Counted from the first letter of the whole stretch, positions 25,054 through 37,649 are shown. The stretch is 62,572 nt of DNA, filler included, from Squatina squatina (GCA_031763465.1; 4 parts of 4 records of this genome joined end to end with filler, not necessarily neighbours in it), one strand, 5' to 3'. A program made the numbers and translations. Notes: generated by a model not told the origin, from the letters alone.

Positions 25054-25989
25054 NNNNNNNNNNNNNNNNNNNNNNNNNNNNNNNNNNNNNNNNNNNNNNN
25101 NNNNNNNNNNNNNNNNNNNNNNNNNNNNNNNNNNNNNNNNNNNNNNNNNNNNNTTGCACCAGGATTTGCTAAACCTGGAATGCAACAATGCTTCTTTTAG
25201 ATCTTATAAATAATACACCATGCAATGGGGGTGGTGAGGACAGGAATTTTAATGTATGGTATTATTACCAATTTCTTTGCATCGTAATGTCAAAGGGGCA
25301 GGCGCCTGCCCTACATCCTACTTTGCAACTGTGATTACTAACCCAACTCTTTGATGATCTGGCAACTACAGGTCAGCACTGCTGAGAGCCCTCGGAGGTT
25401 GCAATATGCTAATTTATTATTATGCTACTTGCAGTGCCTTTATTTATGACAAGATACATCTTTTGCGATCGAAGTTACCACACGTGGAACTTTCTAGTGC
25501 AGTGTATATTCAGTTTTACATTTGAATAGGTTAGTAACTGTCACCACCGCAGCTATTTTTCTCTACTTATTTCCAAGAGTTTTACAATCTATAATATCAT
25601 TGCTGAACAAGCAGCAAAATGATTTAAACAAAATATTATTAGATAAAAGCTAAGATAGCTATCTGCAAAACTTTGAAACTTAGTTCAGGTGAAATTCACC
25701 CAGAATATAATGTGATAATGCTCGGGCAGAAATATTGAAAACTTTGTTTGGCATATGGGTGGTAAAAATACCTAATGTGATTACAATTTTTTTTTAAATG
25801 AGAGGTACATTTGTCTGGAGTAAATGTGAAGTACAGCATAGCATTATTAAACTCTCCAAATACATTATCATATCAATACATGGCCAATTTATGAACCATT
25901 CACATTAAATAATTAAATATTCTGATTTGTTTCCTGCATCAGGATCTGACTTTAACCCACATAAATAGGGAAACCACATACCCAATTTC

Positions 25990-26436
25990 GATTAATTGGT
26001 ATAATGTGATTCCATCTTTAAAAAAGGTCAGAGGCATGATCCTGCGAATTATAGGTCTGTTAGCTTGACATCTATAGTGGTAAAAATATTGGAGTCTATT
26101 ATAAGGAGGCAATTCAAGTGCATTTAATGAGAGCAACGGCAATAATTTCAAGCTAACCTGGTTTATGAAAGGCAGATGGTGCCTAACAAATTTATTGGAA
26201 TACTTTGAAGATGCAGCAGAGAATCATTTAAAAAGATGTACGGAGACTAAGCAACTGCATAGATGAATGGCACACTGAATTTAATATTAGGAAATGGAAA
26301 GTAATTCATGTTAGTGATAAGTTACAAATTTGATGTGCCAATGTGGATTGATGGCACAAGTAAAAGGTTTGAGTGATAGCTGACCATAGGTTGAAAGCAT
26401 CATCACATTGTGTGGCAATGATTAAAAGGGCAAACA
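25990..26436 (+). mobile_element. Degenerate CR1 RT fragment
   Basis: Remnants of NYR.VSLTS.VVKILESII and GFMKGRWCLTNLLE.FE. Confidence 0.65.
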
Positions 26437-27156
26437 NNNNNNNNNNNNNNNNNNNNNNNNNNNNNNNNNNNNNNNNNNNNNNNNNNNNNNNNNNNNNNNN
26501 NNNNNNNNNNNNNNNNNNNNNNNNNNNNNNNNNNNNGGAAACCAGTACATATTTTGAAAGCTGCCAAAGAAACATTCATTATTCACATGTGAATACATGT
26601 CAGTGATGGATAAATAATGCATGATACTCTTATTGTACATTTCTTTCTGACAGAATAGTTATGCTGCAATGAAAGCTTTATTGCTGTATACAGAGAGAGC
26701 ATATCACTCTGGCGCAATAAGAAAGCATAGCACGTCTCATGTCAAAAGTATTAACAAAAATGTTCTGGACTTATACACAAATAAGATGACACTGATCTAA
26801 AAGAGACCGTACTGAATTCAAGTAGTTTCTGAGTCTTTTGTCATGGTTGTCAAGGTGATGACCCTGTGAGACAACATGTATTTCATTGTGTGCTAGGGGG
26901 GGAAAGGCACAGTTCCAGTGCCAAGAGCACATCACAATGAAGGAAAAATAAATCTCAAACATGATTACTTTCAGAATTGGAATTCTGAATAATATTTCTG
27001 TATGTCAGTTTTGGCAGAAACTTCTTCTAATGTGAAGGCACTGTACAACATATTCNNNNNNNNNNNNNNNNNNNNNNNNNNNNNNNNNNNNNNNNNNNNN
27101 NNNNNNNNNNNNNNNNNNNNNNNNNNNNNNNNNNNNNNNNNNNNNNNNNNNNNNNA

Positions 27157-27510
27157 CTTAGGCCATCAGACCCTGCATCATGGTTGGGTCCATAAGTGCG
27201 CTAATGGAGTTGGCCACCACTTCCATGCTGGAAATCATGGGCTCCAAGCTCTGCCCAAAGCCCTGAGCAAGGTTAGTGCTGGACTCCACCATGTGCTTGA
27301 GATTGCACTGAGGCTTTCCGTCAAGCCTGCCAAGGCACCAAGCATTTCATTGTGCATACCCATCAGCGTGCATACATCATGCTTCTGTAGGTTGCCACAA
27401 AGTCCTCATCTGATCTACAGCAGAACCTGTGTGCGACCTTGCCCTCCAGGAGCCGACACCTGCGCTACCCTTTTCCCCCTGTTCTGGCTGCAGCCCACTC
27501 ATGCCTGATG
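27157..27510 (-). mobile_element. Probable PIF/Harbinger Myb/SANT-ORF C-terminal relic
   Basis: Minus strand reads DEDFVATYRSMMYALMGMHNEMLGALAGLTESL; GC-rich block. Family assignment is from recall. Confidence 0.4.
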
Positions 27511-27593
27511 ACTCACCATGTGCAGATCCCACCTCTAACATACCCTCTCAAGTCCACATAGTACCAGTATCTGAGCTGTGAGTGTCAGATCGA

Positions 27594-27684
27594 GTGCCAA
27601 CAGTCCCAAATTCAGACAGCGTAGAGAGTGCCAACAGTCCCAAATTCAGACAGCGTAGAGAATGCCAACAGTCCCAAATTCAGA
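27594..27684 (+). repeat. 34-bp tandem repeat, ~2.7 copies
   Basis: GTGCCAACAGTCCCAAATTCAGACAGCGTAGAGA at 27594 and 27628, partial copy at 27662. Confidence 0.95.
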
Positions 27685-27883
27685 TGACAAAGTGCTAAAT
27701 TGAACCTGTGACCTGATGTTAACAATTCATAAGTAGCAAAGTTGCAGTTATTTTTGATGATTCAACAATTGAATTAAATAATTCTTATTCACTGGCTGAT
27801 GTTTGAGCATTTGGTGTATGAAAGCTTTTTTCGACAATTAGTTGTATGGCAATAGTTTTGTCTTGGCAGCGTAGATATTAACA

Positions 27884-27919
27884 TGGCTGACATTAGACAA
27901 CTGGCTGATATTAGACAAC
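27884..27919 (+). repeat. 18-bp tandem duplication
   Basis: TGGCTGACATTAGACAAC / TGGCTGATATTAGACAAC. Confidence 0.9.
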
Positions 27920-29459
27920 TGTTTAATGCAGTGATATGAATATTACTTTCGTGGAGACATTAACCTAAAAAAGTTAAAATCTGCATTAAAATGAGGGACA
28001 GAGGAATATTAAGTGAGCTGTTTATGTGGGTCTGCTAATATCATTAACAGTAATTTCTAGGCTGTAGTAAGCTCTTCAGTCTGCTAGCATACAATGGTTG
28101 AGCTATTTTGCCTGCTACAATATTTGACACTTACCCCCTCCTCCCACCTGTGATTTGCTTGGCTTGTGAAGTCCAACCATTATCTCAATAATTTCCAGTA
28201 ACGTTATTTTCTTCCATCTATTCTTGAATTACTGTGTAAATGAATACTTTGTGCAAATATCTCACCCAGAAATTGGAGGAGGTTGTGTTAAAGATATACC
28301 AATCTATATAAAAGTTTTGAGAACATCCATCCCACATCAGGTACACACTTCAAAGTGTCAAAGGAATATTAAAAAGAAAGCCAGTTATTTCCTAATGAGG
28401 TCAATTATAGGTTAATTTCTGTAGGCGAGGGAAGTTTGCAAAGTGACCTGCAGCTGTAAATTTACAAGCTCATAGCATTCTGCACATTTCTTTTCTCAAA
28501 TAGCAATTAACCTGGAATTGACGTTAGGACCTATTTAAACCACTTCTCCACAGGGTGCAGCTGAGTAATGGCTGTAAAGGAACAGGACAGGTTGGTACTT
28601 AATCACAACCATTCAACAGATGACAGACTACCTGTCAGAAACACCATATGAAATCTGCTAAATTATTCAACCTACAAATGATTTAATCTCATTTACCTCA
28701 ATTAACAAATCCAAAACATCACATTAATAAATAACATAAATATCTCCTTAATTTAACATTGATTGCAGATTTCCAAATCCCTTTCCTTTAGTACTTCTGT
28801 ACATCATCAACTTGAGATTTTGCATAGATATTTGGACAAAACATGCCAGGAACATCATTTATTCCCAAATCACCATAGTTGCAATAATGTAAGTATAAAT
28901 TGTCATGAATAGAATGCCTAGAAATCCAATTGCACCCGGAAACGGGTGCACAGGGGGCACTGCACGCATCTCTTAGTAATAACTCAAGTAGTACTCAATA
29001 TTCATGCTGCCTGCCAATTACAATCATGTAGGTGTAGAGCCAGTGCTACCCATGTTACTCATTGACTGCATGCCTGTCGGGGGTGGTGCTGGATATCAGG
29101 GGGCCCCAATTGGTTTGCGCCGGACTGGCAACTTAAGGAGCCGAATAGGTCATGATTTTGCTCCTGTTTTGCGTTGCTGAACAACGTCGGGAAATTCGTC
29201 TCTTAGTGGGGTTGTTTTCAGGCGGAGTCTAAAAACAGCTCACAATGAGCGTAATGAGGTCCAGATGTGGCATAGAGTGGGCAATATAGTTTCATGGGAC
29301 CAATTCCTTGAACTACCCAATCAGAATCAATCAATTGCAAGCCCACCTCAGCCCTTAAAGGGGCTGTTTGATATTAGTAAATCACAGCTTTGGTCAGTAT
29401 TGAAATGGATGGAGGTTGCTGAGTGGAGCTTTCTGGAGTGTAACCTGGAGGTGAAAGGT

Positions 29460-29702
29460 ATGGCAGCTCATTAAAGAGTGGCGAGGGCTCCCAATTTTTT
29501 GGACTCCGTACTGGAGGCTCTTGTGGCATCCATTGCGAGGAGGGCAGACAGGCTTTTTGCAACCAGCGGAAGACGAGGGACTGCCCAGCTTGTTAGAGTG
29601 CTGTGGAGTCAGACAGTAAGGGAGGTTTCCGCCTCTGATGTGGTGGGGAGGATTGGCAATCAAGGCTGGAAGAAGTTTAATGACCTTACTCGTCCAGTGA
29701 GG
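29460..29702 (+). mobile_element. PIF/Harbinger Myb/SANT-like DNA-binding ORF relic (pseudogenised)
   Basis: MAAH*RVARAPNFLDSVLEALVASIARRADRLF...LWSQTVREVSASDVVGRIGNQGWKKFNDLTR, the trihelix pattern of Harbinger ORF2/NAIF1; stop after codon 4; ends at a G|GTGAGT donor. Confidence 0.75.
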
Positions 29703-30599
29703 GTGAGTGTAATGTTGTCTTCATTGGTCAGCTGTGGTTAAAGTGGCGACACTGTAATGTTNNNNNNNNNNNNNNNNNNNNNNNNNNNNNNNNNNNNNNN
29801 NNNNNNNNNNNNNNNNNNNNNNNNNNNNNNNNNNNNNNNNNNNNNNNNNNNNNNNNNNNNNTAAAATGGTTTCTGTCTTGCTTGAATGTCATGTAAAATG
29901 TGACAACAAAGCTGACCACTGATGTAGCAAGTGATCTAATACAATTCCATGTGAGAGCCAGTACACTGAGACATGTCCAAAGGAGAAGTACATCCTACAG
30001 ATTTGCTGCAGAATCTTAATTGTTGTCGGGGAAATTATTAATAGTATTACTGGTGTTTTTTCCTTATTACTGCATTTTATAATTCATAACTGCTGGTTAG
30101 AGGCAGTCATAGAACAGATATTTGTGCACAATCGCCCCTTCTCTGACATTGAGCACCTGCTGCCGTGACATGAATGATGAGTGCTGCTCTGAGTCTTTGC
30201 TCGTACTTGTGATGGCACTACAATGGAATGCTGCGCTGTTTCTAGGTTAACTGGCAAGTCCCACTGACTCCATGTGGAAAGTAATGAAATCATTACTTCA
30301 TTGACCCATTTCTCTAGTGACATCAGCGAACCTTCCAAGAGAGTCAGCCCTGTTCGTCTCTGCCCCTAAGAGAGAAGAGGCTGACATGTACATTGCTGAA
30401 GGTAGGGTGGGTATTGTTACTCTCAGNNNNNNNNNNNNNNNNNNNNNNNNNNNNNNNNNNNNNNNNNNNNNNNNNNNNNNNNNNNNNNNNNNNNNNNNNN
30501 NNNNNNNNNNNNNNNNNNNNNNNNNNCTAGTTAATGTGCTTTGTAATGTTGCCATTACCACCTCTGATTGCCTTGAATCTCTTCTGCCTTCCAGACAAT

Positions 30600-30795
30600 C
30601 ACATTATTATGTTATCCTTTGTCCTTCCCTCTCCCCTCCCACCCCCCACCCCTTTGCCTGTCAGTGCTTTAAAACTCGCTGTATTTCTGACTTTTTTCAG
30701 TTCTGACGAAGGGTCATCAACCCGAAACGTTGACTCTGTTTTTTTCTCTCCACAGATGCTGCCTGACCTGCTGAGTTTTTCCAGCATTTTTTTTG
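30600..30795 (+). mobile_element. Penelope-type terminal repeat with a minimal hammerhead core
   Basis: CAGTTCTGACGAAGGGTCATCAACCCGAAACGTTGACTCTG...CTCTCCACAGATGCTGCCTGACCTGCTGAG; the family recurs at 39110-39225 and 60710-60905. Confidence 0.7.
30699..30735 (+). ncRNA. Minimal type-I hammerhead ribozyme motif (putative)
   Basis: Stem I AGUU/GACU, core CUGACGA(A), stem II GGGU/ACCC, GAAA, palindromic ACGU in place of stem III, GUU triplet. Confidence 0.6.
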
Positions 30796-33700
30796 TATCC
30801 TAGTAAGGTAAGTATGTTTTTAAACATTTTAAAGGTTTCTTTTTAAATTTCAAAAAAAAATTGTCTTATTTATCTCCTTTTTATTAAATTTTAGTGTTAG
30901 AATAGTTTTTAAAATGTTTTGGGACGTGTTTGTGTTGTTTTTCTTCTTTCATTCAAGTTTTGACAGTTCTGTGAGAACTGCCTTTATGCTGGACTTCCCC
31001 GGGAATCTACAGAGCCCCGCTCTGAATCTCCAACTTGGCGGGGGGCGGGTGGTGCTGAAACTTGCAAGGTCGTATGGAAGCCTCCGATCGCAATTTCAGG
31101 GTCTGTGTGTTGTTTTGAAGCAAACTAATGTTAGCTCAGGTTGAATATTCGTGCTTCTGGCAGCAAAATTGAATTCTTGATGGTTATGTAAAGTATGGAT
31201 TACCAATACTTGTCGTAAACTTACACGCTGCTTGTTATTTTGAGCAAAGACGCATCTAACTGAATGGTATATGTCTCAGAACCATTGATTAAATTGTCTT
31301 TAAGCCAAATACAATTCTTCAGTCTTCTGCATTTAGTCAGTTCCGTGCTTCAGTTTAATGCAGAACCATTTAGTTGACAAAAACTTAATGGATCCTAGTC
31401 ATATTTCTACCACCCACAAGTGTGTCTAAGAACTTTTGAAAATCATCCTAAATGTGCCTTTGCTCTTCCTCTTTCTGTTACTGTATAAATCTGTACCTCT
31501 TCAAATTGAAGACAAATATTTCTGTCACCACTTCAGTTCTTTGGCAGTGACCTTCTAGACTTAGCTGTTGGCCATGACTTTGAATATCTCTTGCTCTCCT
31601 TCCTCCTGCTGGCAAGTAGTTGAAAGCCTTGTTCAGATCACTTCTGGGTATGAGTGACACGTATGAAGGAGGATAATTAACTTGCAATCCAGCACTATGG
31701 CTTTCGGGAGGTAAGTGAAAGCTTGGACGAATTTTAAATAGCTACTGCAAGCACCATTTTGTCAGTAACACAATGCCTTTCAGCATGCTTAAATTTTTTT
31801 ATCTGCACAAATTACTGCAATTTGCTAAAAGCTGTCAAAGAGCATAGTGTAATAACCTTGCCAGAATTTAGAAAATAGACATTTGTGGGTGCATTGACAC
31901 TCATTTGCTCANNNNNNNNNNNNNNNNNNNNNNNNNNNNNNNNNNNNNNNNNNNNNNNNNNNNNNNNNNNNNNNNNNNNNNNNNNNNNNNNNNNNNNNNN
32001 NNNNNNNNNNNCTGTGACCTCTTAATTTAATACTTGCTGTTTAAGCCTGGAGCAGTTAAATGATCAGTCTCCCTGTAACGGAAAATTCAAGCAGATTTGC
32101 ATTGAGCAGAAAACCAAATGAATGAAGTCACAAACATTTATGATGAACTCCCAGTTACTGGAGGAAGTGGAATCTTCAGCTGATTAATCTTTGAAAAATG
32201 TCAAACACTCCTTCCAAAGAAATGACAGCGAGTAAACAAGAATTTCTTCAAGCTTGTAATATAGCTGCTTCTCATATAGGTAATTAATGACACTTGCTAA
32301 AACCCAAGAATTAAATTTGAGTTCTCCTTGACAGAAAACCTAAAATTACATTATCATATGAATAAGCACTCTCATTTCTCTTTCCTTGTAGCAAAGTAAT
32401 TCATGCATCAGCTCACTAATATGCAGAAAGTAAAATTAAACAGCAACAAGGGGACAGAGACAAGAATACATAAACTGTATTAAAGCACTTCAGCTGCCAA
32501 CACAGCAGATAAATTCTCCACATATGCTCTTAACAGCCATTAAATCATAACATACTGCTGATTTGTTGTAGGTAGCATTGAATACACGACACTTCTATCC
32601 ATCCCAAAGCATGCTTCATTGCTATAATACTGTGTTTCGGTTATAATCAAATTGTGTTAATCAGGGACTGATGCTAAAGAAATCATTAATAAAAATGACC
32701 TTCCATTGTTCCCTATTACTCCTCACNNNNNNNNNNNNNNNNNNNNNNNNNNNNNNNNNNNNNNNNNNNNNNNNNNNNNNNNNNNNNNNNNNNNNNNNNN
32801 NNNNNNNNNNNNNNNNNNNNNNNNNNTGTAGTTTTAGGGACCAGCTGACATATCAAATTTGTTTTTGCCATGCGCAGATTGAGAGTGATAGAAAGGTTCT
32901 GTTTTTCACGCATTCTTTGTTGCTTTAACAAATCGGTGTCCACAATGTCAAAAACAGTCAGTCTTGTTCCAATACCTGCTCCAGTTGAGTTAAGGCAACA
33001 GAAAGCAGTATTGTGACATTGCAGTTTTCTAAAGGGAATATTGAGGAATCCATGTATTACTCAAGGGCAGATAATTTGCTTTGCTTTCCTGCACACGTCA
33101 AGGGAAATTAAACAAGTCGATACCTCATGGGAAATGGAACAAGCGGAAGCAAATGTTTTAAGAAATGTGACTTTTTTATTGTTGGAGTCCAGGTACTTTC
33201 AATGCCCAGAGGGAAAAACAGATTTTAGAAATAAAATGATTTGAAATATTAAGAGAAAATCAGTTTGCTCTGATGTAGATTTAAAAATAGATTAAATAGT
33301 GGCACAAAGATGTTGTTGCGTGAGTGGTTGAATTAATTGCCCAGATTTTGTGGTAAAAATAATGGTATCAGTGCTCACCATTATTAAAGATTAAATTGGA
33401 CAGCAACTTCCACGACTGGATATGCGGAGTTAANNNNNNNNNNNNNNNNNNNNNNNNNNNNNNNNNNNNNNNNNNNNNNNNNNNNNNNNNNNNNNNNNNN
33501 NNNNNNNNNNNNNNNNNNNNNNNNNNNNNNNNNAAAGCAGGAGTGACCGGGCTGCCGTCATCGCACAGCAAGACTCCAGGTTGGGGAGCAACCAGAGTGT
33601 GCGACCTACAATAGAATGGAGTCATTGTCAGGATACCAATGCGCTACTAAAATGATGGAACTACCTGAATTTTCCTTTAATTATTAATGGGCAAATAATG

Positions 33701-34917
33701 GCAATGTGGGGCTCTGAAGGTGCTGTTTACAATAAGGTTGATTCCAGATTCTAAACACCTCCAGCAGAGGGGAGTGCTTGTCCTGCACGTATCCTGGAGT
33801 TGGCCTATTTATTTTTTAAAAAGCTTGTTTTTCCCATTTGAGTGGAATGCACACAGTTTAAATGCAATTTCTCAGCCTTTAGCAGGTTTCCATGGCTACG
33901 AGATATAGATATTTATTAACTGGTATCACAGGCACGTATGTTTAATATGAGTGATGGGCTTGAATAGAGAGAACTAAGTGTGTCATGTTTAGAGATGAAA
34001 CATAACATGCTCCACGGAAGGTGCATTTGATTTGTTTTCCCTTTTTAAGGACACACGTGCATGCACGCACAAGAGCACACACCACACATGAATAATTTTA
34101 ATTATCATGTTAATTAATCCTCTATAACTTGAATTTATGTCAGTGGGTCCTGCTAGACAGACTAAATTATTGCAGAGATTAATTTATTTATTATTACACA
34201 CCATACTTTACGTATCCAGAATAAGGATAAATAAAAGATGTTTCTTCAGCAGCTGATTCAAGATAAGTTATTACTGATTTTTTTAAGCTTGACCTATGAC
34301 ACCTATTTAAGACTTAACAGTATACACACAAGCTTTCAAAGTGTCAGGCATGTCTTCCTTCTACAACAATCCATGTTCTTTTACTGTTTTAAGTACTATT
34401 CCAGACCATTAAAGTAAAATTTCAGCACTTACTGCAACCATTTATTTTTAATAACTTATATTATTCCCTAATTCCCTCTGCATTTTCTCATTTGTGTGGC
34501 CTCGCTTATGTAACTGCCTTCTGCAGACTTCGCTGGGCATACTGGCCTGCAGACTATCGAATAACTGCTCTCAATGCAGTTCCACAGTCAGTTGACAGGA
34601 AAGGCCTTTGAAGCTGACATCGGATTTTTCTTTCCCTGGTGAAATTTCTTGCTATATCCAAGAATTCTATCTAATGGTTCAACTGCATAAGAAAAGTGAT
34701 TCATCAAGTTGAGTGACAAGTAACCCAGAGAATCTAACCTAACCCAATTATCATAATTGAAAAGAATTTTCTCTGCTGTGTGTCCAATTAGGCTCCAATC
34801 AAATTTAGCATTTCTAGCTCTAATTATCTTCATAGATGCCAACATATTAAACTAGCAAAAAGCTGACTACCAGCTTCAAAAAACTGACAATTTCAAAATA
34901 GGCCCAAATTTCGGCTT

Positions 34918-35181
34918 ACATAGAAACATAGAAGATAGGAACAGGAGTAGGCCATTCGGCCCTTCGCGCCTGCTCCGCCATTCAATGAGATCATGGCTAA
35001 TCTTCCAAATTCAGTACCCTGTTCCTACTTTCTCCCCATATCCCTCGATCTCTTTAGCCTTAAGGGCTATATCTAACTCCTTCTTGAATATATTTAATGA
35101 TTTAGCCTCAACTGCCTTCTGTGGTAGAGAATTCCACAGGTCCACCACTCTCTGGGTGAAGAAATTCCTCCTCATCTCAGT
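34918..35181 (-). mobile_element. CR1 LINE 3' end (young-looking)
   Basis: ACATAGAAACATAGAAGATAGGAACAGGAGTAGGCCATTCGGCCC...GAATTCCACAGGTCCACCACTCTCTGGGTGAAGAAATTCCTCCTCATCTC. Confidence 0.85.
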
Positions 35182-35281
35182 NNNNNNNNNNNNNNNNNNN
35201 NNNNNNNNNNNNNNNNNNNNNNNNNTTAATTAATTAANNNNNNNNNNNNNNNNNNNNNNNNNNNNNNNNNNNNNNNNNNNN
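35182..35281. other. Artificial scaffold-concatenation spacer
   Basis: N44-TTAATTAATTAA (35226-35237)-N44. Confidence 0.95.
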
Positions 35282-35713
35282 TTCTTTGTTTTTGTTCTCT
35301 GTTTTTCTTTGTAAAGTCGTCAAAGGAGATCTGAATCAATGCAGAGCCATTGCTGTTCTATGAAATAGTGTGACGCAAGGGCACAATGTGTTTTTGTGCG
35401 TGTGGCAAAACAGAAGGAGACACTTTATAGCAGAACACAAAGGCCATGAAAATTTGGGTTTGTAATATTGGGTCTCTGGAGATCAGAACACTTTTATAAT
35501 TGTAAACCCCATTGATGAAAGACTCTGTCTGCAGTTAGCAGCACTCTCTGAAGGTAAAACTGCCTTATGCTGTTATAGGAGGAGTCTTGACCTACTGCTT
35601 AATTAAAGGACTGGGCTACTTACTGGTTGTTGCTTATGATCGAGTTGATATGTAATGTGTTTTAACAAGGTATCTCCATTTCTGATTACACTTTTTAACT
35701 TTTTTTTTTAAAG

Positions 35714-35854
35714 GATGGCCAAGAAGATAAGGGATCTGGTTCCACTGAGAAGTCGTCTGTGAAAGCGATCTTGGAAAACCTTGGAGAACTTTGGGATCAG
35801 CAACAATATGACACAGAATATAACTTGGATAATTTCATGCATTCGCTGAAATAA
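35714..35854 (+). CDS. BTAF1: BTAF1 terminal coding exon
   Basis: Poly-T aaag|DGQEDKGSGSTEKSSVKAILENLGELWDQQQYDTEYNLDNFMHSLK-TAA matches the BTAF1/Mot1 C-terminus; the neighbour CPEB3 fits known vertebrate synteny. Confidence 0.92.
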   Translation, partial: DGQEDKGSGSTEKSSVKAILENLGELWDQQQYDTEYNLDNFMHSLK

Positions 35855-37649
35855 AATGTACTTACATAATTGCAGCTAAGCCATGTCACTGTCGNNNNNN
35901 NNNNNNNNNNNNNNNNNNNNNNNNNNNNNNNNNNNNNNNNNNNNNNNNNNNNNNNNNNNNNNNNNNNNNNNNNNNNNNNNNNNNNNNNNNNNNNGGATTG
36001 TTCTGCTGATATTCAGCAAGTTTCAGAGACTTATAATGAAATGCTGAGAATAATGTGTAAATACAGGCATTTGAAAAGAGCAAGCATAAAATGGATATTT
36101 CAAAAACCATTGGTTCAGAAAAACGTAGAGCAAATAGTTATCTGGGCTTAGTTATTTGCACTGTTTTACAGTTTTACATTTAGACATTTATTCAGAGCAG
36201 ATATACTTGAAGCAACATTCTTTGATGGCTTAGGAAACAAAGAACTTGTTGAGGAAAACATTTTCCTATAGTTAAGGAAATCTATGCCATTATGTGACAT
36301 ATGTATGATACAGTAACTTGCTGTACACGAGTGCGCAACCAGAATTTGATTTAAAACACAGACCTCCTCCACTTTTTCCACAGTGGAAATTGACTGATTC
36401 TTTGCTGCGTATTAGTGATAGCTTTCAATTTACTTGCAGATCTATGATAATTGTAGATGTTAAATAGAAGTAACTTTGTACTTGGGTTTAAAAAAAACTT
36501 CTGAAATTGAGTATTATAATCCATGGCATTCCTTGGATCGAAAATAAAATTCAGTTGAAAGACCTAATTGCATGAATTTCAATGTGTTGATCACTCTTCA
36601 GTATCTACATCATTTACATGTATTATTCATCATTGAGCAATGGGAGTACATTGACAGCTGCAATACTTTATGGTACAGATATCATCTGCTGAAAAATCAG
36701 ATTCAATTTAAAGAAGTAGAATTGATCAATATTAATTCAAGAATATTACAACTCCAGCTTATTTTAAGCTTTTTTTCCTTTCTATTGCTTTGTTAAATCT
36801 ATTAATATAGGAATTAAATTACATCAGTACTTCAACTGAAAATTAATTGCAGATGTTAAATAGAGATAACTTTGTACTTGAATTTACTTAATACACTTTG
36901 TCTTGAATCCCTGTGTGCAATGGTATGGGTGATGAGCTAGCGTAGTATAAAAATGTTCCACTGAAGCTTCANNNNNNNNNNNNNNNNNNNNNNNNNNNNN
37001 NNNNNNNNNNNNNNNNNNNNNNNNNNNNNNNNNNNNNNNNNNNNNNNNNNNNNNNNNNNNNNNNNNNNNNNCAGCTCAAGTCCTTCAGTTGGGCTTTTAT
37101 TATGAATGTCCCAATACAATACAGTTCAGTACAGGCAAAGTACATTTGTGCTATTCAATCACACCCAGACATAATCAACTTTTAACACTCTTCTCATTTG
37201 CTTTTGGAATTGCTTATGCAAAAGTGCTAGCCATTGATGGGAGTATTTTACACTGATGCTCAAAGCTCAGTGTTTTTTTTTTGAGGTGGGTGGATGGGGG
37301 AGGAGAAATTGGAGAAGAGGGTGCAGGAAGATGACAAGAAATGCAATCCAGCAAGCTTTGATTGAATCATTTGTATGGGTCGCTGCACCATGCCCTCACT
37401 CCACCAGACCGAGCTCTATGTAATTCACATTATGGGTTAAATGTGTGCTTCACGTTTACAAGTGGTTGACCAGTAAAAGCATTGCACTCTGCAGTAGTTT
37501 GATGAGCCGTGATGAAATAGAAGTTTTAAAATATATTAATGCTCTGTCTCTGCTTAACCCAGGACTCAAAAGGCTGCTGGGCAATGCAATTGCCTGCTAT
37601 CCCATTCAAATTTGCAGTGCGATAGTGGGGAAAACAGTGGGAAAATAGG

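Noticed and set aside
27594-27684. CRISPR-like repeat length (34 bp)
   Set aside because: Units are contiguous with no unique spacers, there are no cas genes, and the context is vertebrate.
28770-28889. AG...GTAAGT-bounded segment open in two plus frames
   Set aside because: Weak pyrimidine tract, no recognisable peptide and no partner exons.
35850-35855. AATAAA overlapping the BTAF1 stop codon
   Set aside because: Arises simply from AAA-TAA-A; no evidence it is used as a poly(A) signal.
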